DNA of 64,000 nucleotides, taken from positions 3,387 to 67,386 of the forward strand of contig VGWB01000001.1 in the NCBI GenBank assembly GCA_016873755.1, written 5' to 3'. This DNA is from Ignavibacteria bacterium. Lineage in GTDB: Bacteria > Bacteroidota > Ignavibacteria > UBA10030. A model generated the notes under the pieces. It saw nothing but the letters and a program-made list of their open reading frames with translations. It ran no database searches and was not told the origin of the DNA. Of the stretch, positions 54,448-62,738 are shown one piece after another (within the stretch, counting starts at the first letter, position 1; the number at the start of each line of letters is the position of its first letter). The translations under genes were made by a program, and so were the position numbers.

Positions 54448-57021
54448 ATGAAGACCGAATTCAGTAGGTCCTTTCCGAGGCTGGATGCATTCCTCCGGCT
54501 CGCGGCGGTGCTCTTCCTCTTTGCCCAGAATACCTATGCCCTGCCTGGGGCCGGAACAACAGGAATCCTCGAAGGCATTGTTCTTGACGAGCAGACGCGC
54601 GAGCCCCTCATTGGTGTCAATGTCGTTATCGTCGGAACCCTCCACGGTGCCGCCAGTGATGTTGAAGGCCGCTACCGTATCAACAATATCCGTGCAGGTG
54701 TGTACGAGGTTCGCTATAGCATCCTCGGATACACCTCAGTCGTGGTGAAGAATGTGACGATCCTGCCGGATCTGCGTACGAGGATCAATGTCGACATGGA
54801 AGAGACAACGTTGGAAATGAGCGTCGTCGAGGTGCGTGCAGAGCGACCGCTCATCCAGAAGGACCTTGCAGCAACTGCGTTCACACTGGGCGAGGTCAAA
54901 CTGGAGAAGCTGCCCATTTCGTCCTTCCGGGACGTGTTGCTGCTGCAGCCGGGCACCACGCTCGAAGGAAACGTGCGGGGTGGCAAGACCACGGAGGTCC
55001 TCTTTCTGGTCGACGGACTCCCGGTTCAGGATGTGATCGGGGGAGGCTTGGCCACGACGCTTCCGAGAAGCTCGATTACCAGCATGACTATCCATACCGG
55101 CGGATTTGACGCCGAATACGGCAATGCGCTCTCCGGTGTCGTCAACGTCATCACGAAGAGCGGCGGGGATCAGCACGATTTTGCCGTCCGCATTGATCGG
55201 GACAGCTGGATGCCGAGCAGCATCAACCAGCAGCAGGACCGCCTGAGTGAGTTCGAGCTCACTGCCGGCGGACCCATTGTGCGGGATCGGATGTACTACT
55301 TTGCTGCCAACTCGGTCATCTTGAGTGACACTCGGTGGTGGCAGGATCTTGACCGCTTCTTCCCATCGCCGATTTCAAAGGAATTTATCGGTTTCGGGAA
55401 GCTCGACTATCTCTTTTCCCCTCGCCTGAAGTTGAGTCTCCAGGGCATCTATTCGGTCAAAGACTGGAAGGACTACGAGTTCAGCTGGCGTTTCAACCTC
55501 TCCGGCTTGCCGACCAGAGCCCGCAACTCATACCGGGCTGTCCTTCTCCTGTCCCATACGGTATCCGATTGGAGCTTCTACACGGCAAGCCTGGACGTGT
55601 TCCATCTTCAATCAACCATCGGTGAGGGCTCAAAAGCATCCCTGTCCCTCCAACCGTACGATTATGACTTCTATCTGCAATACATTGTTGGAGGAAGACG
55701 GAACTGGTGGGCTGACGCGCGGCAAACGATCTACACCCTCAAGGGGGACTTCACCACGCAGATCGAAGAGAAGCATCTGCTTCGACTGGGAGTTGAGTTC
55801 AATCAGTATGATATTGTCTCGGACCTCGTAAAATATGAGCCCCAGACGACCTACTTTGGGAAACCCATCGTCGACGCACCGCTCCTCAACTATAGTAATT
55901 CCTATGACTACGCTCCGAGGTCGGGGAGCGTGTACGTCCAGGATAGGATCGAGCTCGTGCACGACGGGTCGAATCTTACCTTCGGGATGCGTTGGGATTT
56001 CCTGGACCCGACTGCGGAGCGTCCGATCGTAGAATTCATACCGCTCACCGGCAACGAATTCCGTCAGAACGTTACGGGCGCGACCAGGGCGAGATTCAAG
56101 CACCAGTTCAGCCCGCGGATGAGCGTCGCGGCTCCAGTCGGTCCATCGAGTTTCTTCTTCGTCAATTTCGGTCACTATTTCCAATTCCCCCTTTTCGAAT
56201 ACCTCTACTCCGGCATCAGCCCGGCCCAATTGCGACAGGGTGCGCGCAATGTGCTCACCGGCAACCCGGATCTCGAGCCGGAAAGAACGATCGCCTGGGA
56301 AATCGGCTTCAAATACGGACTCTCTGAGAACACGCTGGCGTCGTTGACGTACTTCCGCAAGGCCTTCAAGAACCAGATCGATTCGAAGACCCTTATTCCG
56401 TTCGACAGCAAATCGGCGGGCGACTACGGATACGCTTCGTACGTGAACAACGCGGAGGCGACGGCGACGGGCCTTGAGTTTGTCCTGAGCAGGGAACACG
56501 ATGAGCGGCTGTCGGGCAGCATTTCATATTCGTATATGGTGACCGACGGAATCAGCGAGTATGTTGATCAGACGATCAACTATGTCCAATGGGGATTTCC
56601 TCTCCCGGCGATACCCTTTCCCCTGAGCTGGGATCAACGACACACTATCAAAGCAGACGTCGACTTTCTGCTGCCCCTCGATATCACGTCTAATGTGGTT
56701 CTGTTGTACAACTCTCCTCGTCCATATACCTACTTTCCAACCCGTGACGGTTTCACTCCGCTCGTTCCCACCAAGACGCTGGTCCCGAACAACGCTCGTA
56801 TGTTCGATGTGGCGTTCGTCAACGCGAAGCTCTCACGTGACTTCGTGCTCGATGATGCGATGCGATACGTGCTTTCGATCTATGTCGATGTGCGAAATCT
56901 GTTCAACCGAAAGAATGTTCGCTGGATGGATTCAAGCGGAAGGATCGGAGGGGAACTCGGGGACCCGGGCGCATACTACGATTATCGCCGAATCCGAGTC
57001 GGAGCACGACTTCAGTTTTGA
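54448..57021 (+). CDS. TonB-dependent outer-membrane receptor with an N-terminal carboxypeptidase-regulatory-like (CarbopepD_reg) domain and a plug domain
   Basis: Signal peptide; 'GIVLDEQTREPLIGVNVVIVGTLHGAASDVEGRYRINNIRAGVYEVRYSILGY' (CarbopepD_reg); the plug region 'ISSFRDVLLLQPGTTLEGN'; a long beta-barrel; and a C-terminal aromatic residue, '...RIRVGARLQF'. Alternative starts lie at 54403 and 54442. Confidence 0.8.
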   Translation: MKTEFSRSFPRLDAFLRLAAVLFLFAQNTYALPGAGTTGILEGIVLDEQTREPLIGVNVVIVGTLHGAASDVEGRYRINNIRAGVYEVRYSILGYTSVVVKNVTILPDLRTRINVDMEETTLEMSVVEVRAERPLIQKDLAATAFTLGEVKLEKLPISSFRDVLLLQPGTTLEGNVRGGKTTEVLFLVDGLPVQDVIGGGLATTLPRSSITSMTIHTGGFDAEYGNALSGVVNVITKSGGDQHDFAVRIDRDSWMPSSINQQQDRLSEFELTAGGPIVRDRMYYFAANSVILSDTRWWQDLDRFFPSPISKEFIGFGKLDYLFSPRLKLSLQGIYSVKDWKDYEFSWRFNLSGLPTRARNSYRAVLLLSHTVSDWSFYTASLDVFHLQSTIGEGSKASLSLQPYDYDFYLQYIVGGRRNWWADARQTIYTLKGDFTTQIEEKHLLRLGVEFNQYDIVSDLVKYEPQTTYFGKPIVDAPLLNYSNSYDYAPRSGSVYVQDRIELVHDGSNLTFGMRWDFLDPTAERPIVEFIPLTGNEFRQNVTGATRARFKHQFSPRMSVAAPVGPSSFFFVNFGHYFQFPLFEYLYSGISPAQLRQGARNVLTGNPDLEPERTIAWEIGFKYGLSENTLASLTYFRKAFKNQIDSKTLIPFDSKSAGDYGYASYVNNAEATATGLEFVLSREHDERLSGSISYSYMVTDGISEYVDQTINYVQWGFPLPAIPFPLSWDQRHTIKADVDFLLPLDITSNVVLLYNSPRPYTYFPTRDGFTPLVPTKTLVPNNARMFDVAFVNAKLSRDFVLDDAMRYVLSIYVDVRNLFNRKNVRWMDSSGRIGGELGDPGAYYDYRRIRVGARLQF

Positions 57022-57198
57022 CGCGTGACCCTTTCCAGGGCTCATTCGCTGCTGCCGCGTTGTGCCGTATAGCGTCTGTTGATACGATCGTCAAGACGTG
57101 CATTTTACCTTGATTTTCAGGCATTTTCCGCTAATTTAAAGAATCACGTGCTGCAATTCGAAACTGTTTCAGACGATGCAGGAAAGAGGAGTCGAACG

Positions 57199-58821
57199 AT
57201 GAAGAAGAAGTTCTCAGGATGGGCTGTTTTGGCCCTGGTTATTGTAGGCCTGTTCGCAGGAATGGAGATCAACCAGCTTATCTCCGGAGACACGCCGTAC
57301 GAGCAGGCGAACAAGTTCAGGGAAATCCTCCAGCTAACCGAAAAGTACTATGTAGAGGAAGTCGACGCGAAAATGCTGACCGAGGCGGCTGTCGAGGGAC
57401 TGCTGGGCAAGCTTGATCCACATTCGGTGTACATACCCCAGCGGGCATATGACTTGGTGCGGGAAGAGTTCCGAGGTAAGTTCGAAGGGATCGGTATCCG
57501 TTTCACCATTCGCAATGATTCCATCTTTGTTGCGGAGACCATAGGCGGTGGCCCGTCGGCTCGTCTGGGAATTCAGACGAACGACCGTATTGTTCGCATT
57601 AACGACTCCTCTTCAGTCGGCTTCACCAACGATCAGGTCATCCAACGGCTGAGGGGGCCCAAAGGGTCCAAGGTCAAGGTTTCGATTGCACGCCCCGGCG
57701 TCAGAGAGTTACTCGACTTTGAGATCATCCGGGACGAGATCGCGCTCACGAGCGTGGATATCTCGATGATGGTGGACGACGAGGTTGGATACGTGAGCGT
57801 CAACCGCTTCAGTGAGCGCACGGATGCCGAACTTGTGGAGGCCCTCCGGAGCTTGCGGACAAAAGGTATGAAGCGACTGATTCTTGACCTTCGCGACAAC
57901 CCGGGCGGACTTCTGGAGCAGGCGTTCAAGATTGCTGACCTTTTTCTTGACGAAGGCACAAAAGAGAAGCCGCACAAGATTGTCTATACGACAGCCCGCC
58001 GCTCGGAGTTTGACGAAGCCTATTTTGCCAGGACGGGCCACGCTTATGAGAACCTTCCTTTGATCGTCTTGCTGAACAACACGTCGGCCAGTGCGAGCGA
58101 AATTGTCGCCGGGGCCATCCAGGACTGGGACCGGGGATTGGTCGTTGGCGAGACGAGCTTTGGCAAGGGGCTCGTGCAGCGGCAGTTCCCGCTGTCCGAT
58201 GGATCGGGGCTGCGGCTGACGATTGCCCGCTACTACACCCCGAGCGGACGCTCGATTCAGCGCGAATACGAAGGCAAAGAACGGCAGGCATATCAGCGTG
58301 AGGCGTTCCAACGTCAGGAGCGGGAAGGCGAAAATATTGAACATAGGTCGGAGGGCGATTCGTCGCGGCCGGTTTTCCGCACGAATGCCGGCCGGATGGT
58401 CTACGGCGGGGGAGGGATAACGCCGGATTATGTGGTAAAGAACCAGCCGCTGAGCTCGTTGACACAGAGCATGCTGCGGCGCGGACTCTTTGAGCAGTTT
58501 GTGACCGCGTATTTGGACGGAAAAGGACTGAAAATCCGCTCCGCATTTGGCAACGACCCAACCCGGTTCAGGCAATCGTTCACCGCTTCGGACGAAATCC
58601 TCAAAGACTTCCGATCGTTTGTTGATCAACAGAACATCAAGATTATCGAGAAAGAGTATGAGCAGGACCTCGCCTTCATCAAGACGAGGCTCAAGGCGAC
58701 ATTCGCCAGAAACTTCTGGGGGAATGATGGGTGGTATCGCATCATGCTACAGATCGATGCCCCCTTCCACAAAGCGCTCAGCCTCTTCCCAGAGGCGGAA
58801 AAGATCGCCAGGTTAAACTAG
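57199..58821 (+). CDS. Carboxyl-terminal processing peptidase (S41, tail-specific protease family)
   Basis: RBS AAAGAGGAG, then a signal/anchor 'MKKKFSGWAVLALVIVGLFAG'. A PDZ region 'GIGIRFTIRNDSIFVAETIGGGPSARLGIQTNDRIVRIND' follows. S41 catalytic motifs are 'LILDLRDNPGGLLEQA' and 'TSFGKGLVQ'. Confidence 0.8.
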   Translation: MKKKFSGWAVLALVIVGLFAGMEINQLISGDTPYEQANKFREILQLTEKYYVEEVDAKMLTEAAVEGLLGKLDPHSVYIPQRAYDLVREEFRGKFEGIGIRFTIRNDSIFVAETIGGGPSARLGIQTNDRIVRINDSSSVGFTNDQVIQRLRGPKGSKVKVSIARPGVRELLDFEIIRDEIALTSVDISMMVDDEVGYVSVNRFSERTDAELVEALRSLRTKGMKRLILDLRDNPGGLLEQAFKIADLFLDEGTKEKPHKIVYTTARRSEFDEAYFARTGHAYENLPLIVLLNNTSASASEIVAGAIQDWDRGLVVGETSFGKGLVQRQFPLSDGSGLRLTIARYYTPSGRSIQREYEGKERQAYQREAFQRQEREGENIEHRSEGDSSRPVFRTNAGRMVYGGGGITPDYVVKNQPLSSLTQSMLRRGLFEQFVTAYLDGKGLKIRSAFGNDPTRFRQSFTASDEILKDFRSFVDQQNIKIIEKEYEQDLAFIKTRLKATFARNFWGNDGWYRIMLQIDAPFHKALSLFPEAEKIARLN

Positions 58822-58826
58822 GGGGG

Positions 58827-59714
58827 ATGATGAAGAGGCGACGCGGCTGGTGGTTAGCGGTATTGCCGGTGTTCATTGGTCTGCTCTTCCTGGGCCTTGG
58901 GGTCGGAAGTTCGCAACCTGTGGCAGAGGCACAAGCGGAACATCCGTCGGAGTTGCTCGCTGTAACAACCGGCGGGATGTTGCAGGTGGGCGAAGAGCTT
59001 GAGTATGACGTCAGCTACTCGTTTTTCCACATTGGGACGATCCGGACATGCGTGGTCGATAGAGAGTTCCGAAACGGCAAAATGGTCTACAAGAGCGTGG
59101 CGTACATCGATTCCAATCCGAGCCTCAGCTGGCTCGTTGACCTGCATATTCGCTTCTATAGCGAGATTGATGACAGCGTCTTTTCGTATGCCTGGATCAG
59201 CGACGACAGCACGGAAAAAGAGATCTACTTTCGCCGGTTCAAGTTCGACTACTCGAACAACCGAGCGCTGCTGGAAAAAGGCAAGATAGTTCCTGGGGGT
59301 GCCCGAGCGGTCGAGGGCATAGATACGGTGTCGATCACAGAACGATGCCAGGACGGTCTCTCATTGTATTACTATGCGCGTGAAAATGTGCGCCAGAAGA
59401 AGCAGGTCCGTGTGGCAACGCTGATCGAAAGGAAGCAGGAGTACACTTTCATCAATTTCACGAACAAGAAATCCGGAGTCGAGATTGATGCAGTTAACCA
59501 TCTCGTCGAAGTCGTCGAATTCGATGGCAAGGCGGAGTACGTTGGTGTTTTTGGCCTCACCGGGGGGTTCCGGGGCTGGTTCAGCAATGATGACGCACGG
59601 ATTCCCGTTCTGGCGAGAATGAACGTGATTCTCGGGAGCATTAAGATAGAACTTGTCAGATGGACTCGAACCGGCTGGCAACCTCCTCTGTACGTTGAGG
59701 AGGCAGAGAGGTGA
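58827..59714 (+). CDS. Hypothetical secreted protein (possibly DUF3108-like)
   Basis: Signal peptide 'MMKRRRGWWLAVLPVFIGLLFLGLGVGS'. No catalytic motif recognised. Its stop overlaps the next gene (ATGA). Confidence 0.5.
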   Translation: MMKRRRGWWLAVLPVFIGLLFLGLGVGSSQPVAEAQAEHPSELLAVTTGGMLQVGEELEYDVSYSFFHIGTIRTCVVDREFRNGKMVYKSVAYIDSNPSLSWLVDLHIRFYSEIDDSVFSYAWISDDSTEKEIYFRRFKFDYSNNRALLEKGKIVPGGARAVEGIDTVSITERCQDGLSLYYYARENVRQKKQVRVATLIERKQEYTFINFTNKKSGVEIDAVNHLVEVVEFDGKAEYVGVFGLTGGFRGWFSNDDARIPVLARMNVILGSIKIELVRWTRTGWQPPLYVEEAER

Positions 59715-60140
59715 TCATTTCCTATCCGGGCATCTCGCCAAAAATGCACGCATCGGTGTTTGTTGCCGAGGATGCCCACATCGTTGGCGATGTCAAGATC
59801 GGCGAGGACGGCAGTGTATGGTTCAACTCAGTTGTCCGTGGGGATGTGAACTTTGTTCGCATCGGGAAAGGCACAAATGCTCAGGATAATTGCGTCCTGC
59901 ATGTGACCCACCAGAAACATCCCCTTCAATTGCCTGATCGGCATTGGGGCAGAAGTACTCGACGATGCGAAGGTCGGGCCCTGCGCCTTGGTGGCGGCAG
60001 GTTCGGCGGTCACGGTGGGCTTTGAGGTGCCAGAAGGTGTGCCTGCGCGTATCAAGCGGATGCTGACAGCCGAAGAGCGCCGGCACATCGAACAATCTGC
60101 ACGGAGCTACGTAGAGCATGTCAAGATCTATCGTTCCTGA
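59711..60140 (+). pseudogene. Gamma-class carbonic anhydrase / hexapeptide-repeat (YrdA/PaaY-like) gene disrupted by a ~60-bp internal deletion and frameshift
   Basis: The N-terminal 93 aa are canonical, '...IGKGTNAQDNCVLHVTHQKHPL'. The frame then breaks. The +1 frame continues as the canonical C-terminus, 'NCLIGIGAEVLDDAKVGPCALVAAGSAVTVGFEVPEGVPARIKRMLTAEERRHIEQSARSYVEHV'. The missing segment corresponds to 'IGDxVTVGHxAxLHGCTIGD', which contains two Zn-ligand His. Confidence 0.5.
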
Positions 60141-60158
60141 ATCCCAGAAGAGGTCGCC

Positions 60159-61058
60159 ATGAAACTCACGGTCTGGGGAGTCCGTGGCTCCGTCCCGACT
60201 CCCGGGAAGCACACAGTTCGGTACGGCGGAAACACGCCCTGTCTCGAGCTTCGACTTGACGACGACAGCCTCATTATTCTGGATGCCGGGACGGGGATTC
60301 GCAATTTCGGAGATCATCTCATCAACAATGGGGAATCGGTGCACGCCTATCTTCTCGTTACGCATCCCCATTGGGATCACATCCAAGGATTTCCCTTTTT
60401 CAAGCCGGCATTTATCTCGGGGAACGAGCTCACCATCTTCGGGACGGAGCGTCCGGAGAAGTCTTTGAGCGAAATCATCTCCGAGCAGATGAACCGGATC
60501 TACTTTCCGGTCCAGCTTCACGAATTGAAAGCGAAGCTCAATTTCAAGCCGATCAAGGAAGAAGGGGAGATGAAGATCTATGGCTGCACGGTGAAGACTC
60601 TGTACGTCAATCATCCGGGATTCACGGTCGGCTATCGGATCGAGTACAACGGAAAGACGCTTGTGTACATTAGCGACAACGAGCCGTATGACCGCGAGGC
60701 TGCTGCTTCTCTGTCGAACTTTGAAGCAGCGGTGAAGGCGAAGTTTGATTCGAAGAAAGGCGATCCGAACCAGCGAGTGTTCGACTTTTGCACGGGAGCT
60801 GATGTGTTACTCCACGATGCAACCTACACGCCGGAGGAGTACATCGACCGCGTCGGCTGGGGTCATTCCCATTACCTCTTTACACTACGTGTCGCTGCGC
60901 AGGCGGATGTGAAGCGGCTCTACTTGTTCCATCACGACCCGAACCACAGCGACGACAAAGTTGACGAAATCCTCAAGAAATGCAAAAAGGAGGTCAAGAC
61001 GCGTGGGTACAAGTTCGATTGCGAGGCGGCAGCAGAGGGAGGGGTAGTCACGATCTAA
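60159..61058 (+). CDS. MBL-fold metallo-hydrolase (PhnP / RNase Z-like subgroup)
   Basis: 'SLIILDAGTGIRNFG' and 'YLLVTHPHWDHIQGFPFF' (HxHxDH) are present. 299 aa. Confidence 0.8.
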   Translation: MKLTVWGVRGSVPTPGKHTVRYGGNTPCLELRLDDDSLIILDAGTGIRNFGDHLINNGESVHAYLLVTHPHWDHIQGFPFFKPAFISGNELTIFGTERPEKSLSEIISEQMNRIYFPVQLHELKAKLNFKPIKEEGEMKIYGCTVKTLYVNHPGFTVGYRIEYNGKTLVYISDNEPYDREAAASLSNFEAAVKAKFDSKKGDPNQRVFDFCTGADVLLHDATYTPEEYIDRVGWGHSHYLFTLRVAAQADVKRLYLFHHDPNHSDDKVDEILKKCKKEVKTRGYKFDCEAAAEGGVVTI

Positions 61059-61059
61059 C

Positions 61060-61088
61060 TTGACAATCAGCCGCAGCAAGATTATATT
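61060..61088 (+). promoter_or_regulatory. Consensus sigma70-type promoter TTGACA-N17-TATATT
   Basis: TTGACA at 61060-61065, a 17-nt spacer, then TATATT at 61083-61088. About 240 bp of apparently non-coding sequence follow before the next credible ATG at 61330. Confidence 0.5.
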
Positions 61089-61329
61089 TATCTCAGGGAT
61101 TGCTTTACGAGCCGTTGTTATGCCCCTGTTATTCAATGGGTTAGCATATGACCGGGTCGGTGAGAGGTCTCGAGGGGCAATGTGTTGTGGGCTGATCGAA
61201 GAGGGAATATTGACTGTGATAAGATGCCGGTGTCTTCTCCGTTACCCCGAGTTGCAGGCGACTTGACGCGATAGGGTGGCAAATCGGGGTTTTTCATTGC
61301 ACGAGATCGATGATCGCATAGGGAAAGCC

Positions 61330-61845
61330 ATGCAGTTCGCATTCCAAGAGTCCGACATCAGAAAGATTTCTCAGATCCTTGGTATTTCCGCCAAGCATCG
61401 AGGCAGCAACTATCGTTTCGAGGTCGAGAACAAGACTCTCAACCGGAAGCTGGCGCTGGAGATCTATCCGGATATCAATATCGGTCAGCGTCGCGGGAGC
61501 CTCGTCTCAGTCTACACGCCGACGGCGCACCTTCAGCTCCATTTTTGCACGGGATATGTTGTCAGCAAATTGCTGGGCGAGATTACCTTCGTTGCCGAAT
61601 CGAACGGCAAGCTCTCAGGACTGACGGTCGAGCGGGAAGGAGGGTGCTCGCTCTATGCTAACGTCGATCGTTCAATTCTCTCTGGTGATTTTACGACGCT
61701 TGGTCCGGAGGTAATGCTTTCTGGTATCGCGCTGTCGCTCACCGAGAACATCCTTCCGCAACCCACTCCATCCAAACGGGGGACGAAGGGAGAACACACA
61801 GCACGGGAGAAAGGAAAACGAAAGCCAAGGCCAAAGGCTGGATGA
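61330..61845 (+). CDS. Hypothetical protein with a Lys-rich C-terminal tail
   Basis: ORF with good codon usage that ends 'GTKGEHTAREKGKRKPRPKAG'. The ATG at 61330 is preferred over the GTG at 61276. Its stop overlaps the ybeY start. Confidence 0.45.
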   Translation: MQFAFQESDIRKISQILGISAKHRGSNYRFEVENKTLNRKLALEIYPDINIGQRRGSLVSVYTPTAHLQLHFCTGYVVSKLLGEITFVAESNGKLSGLTVEREGGCSLYANVDRSILSGDFTTLGPEVMLSGIALSLTENILPQPTPSKRGTKGEHTAREKGKRKPRPKAG

Positions 61846-62291
61846 TTTTCGTCTCAAATAATCACCCGTCTCTTCGGTTTTCGAGGCGGGAAACCTTCCG
61901 GACCGTCAAAAGCGTTCTAGAAGAGGAACTTGTGCCGTCGCTCAGTGTGTCTGTGGTATTTGTGGGGAGCCGTTTCATTCAACGCATCAACCGGCGATTT
62001 CTGAATCACAACCACATCACGGACGTCATTGCGTTTCCATTTCGGGATGGCCAGGGAGTTGATGCTGAGGTCTACGTGAATCTGGATCGCGCAAAAAGTC
62101 AGGCGCGTGAGCTTGGGATCAGCTATGCAGATGAGGCGCGCCGGCTCCTGATACACGGGATTCTCCACGTGCTCGGGTATACAGATCACACAACGGGAGG
62201 GAGATCTCGGATGAGACGACGAGAGGATTTCCTCCTCGCGTTACTCTCAAGTGCTAAGAGGCATAGATCGCATGCAAGAGCGAATCGTTGA
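61842..62291 (+). CDS. ybeY: rRNA maturation endoribonuclease YbeY
   Basis: 'HGILHVLGYTDH' is the YbeY zinc-binding H3xH5xH motif. 149 aa. Confidence 0.85.
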   Translation: MIFVSNNHPSLRFSRRETFRTVKSVLEEELVPSLSVSVVFVGSRFIQRINRRFLNHNHITDVIAFPFRDGQGVDAEVYVNLDRAKSQARELGISYADEARRLLIHGILHVLGYTDHTTGGRSRMRRREDFLLALLSSAKRHRSHARANR

Positions 62292-62727
62292 AATCATTCT
62301 CTTCCTCGTCAACGAGCTGAAATCCAACAAGCAGCTCAGCGAGGTGGACGTCTCCTTACTGACCGACAGCGGCTATACCCCTACGGAGATCTCTACGGCG
62401 TTTTCGTGGCTCTTCGAGCGGCTGTCCATTGGCCAGCAGCTTGTTTCGGAGGAGCGCGACACACGCCTGTCGCACCGTGTCCTGCACGAGGCCGAGAAAA
62501 TGATCGTTACGCCCGAAGCCTACGGCTATTTGCTGCAGTGCCGCCAGCTTGGGTTGCTTTCCAACGCGGACATCGAGACAATTATCGAGAAGATCATGGC
62601 TGCGGGGTTTTCCACGGTCGGTGTGCCGGAAATGAAAAGTTTTGTGGCCGGTGTGCTGCTCGATTCGGGCAATCAGCCGCGAATGAGCGGGCGAATCTCG
62701 CTAAACAGTACTGATACCATCCACTAG
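62272..62727 (+). CDS. smg: Smg (DUF494) family protein
   Basis: 'MQERIVEIILFLVNEL...LTDSGYTPTEISTAFSWLFERL' matches the Smg/DUF494 pattern. It lies immediately upstream of topA, a linkage seen in many bacteria. Confidence 0.6.
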   Translation: MQERIVEIILFLVNELKSNKQLSEVDVSLLTDSGYTPTEISTAFSWLFERLSIGQQLVSEERDTRLSHRVLHEAEKMIVTPEAYGYLLQCRQLGLLSNADIETIIEKIMAAGFSTVGVPEMKSFVAGVLLDSGNQPRMSGRISLNSTDTIH

Positions 62728-62738
62728 CGTTCGGGTTC

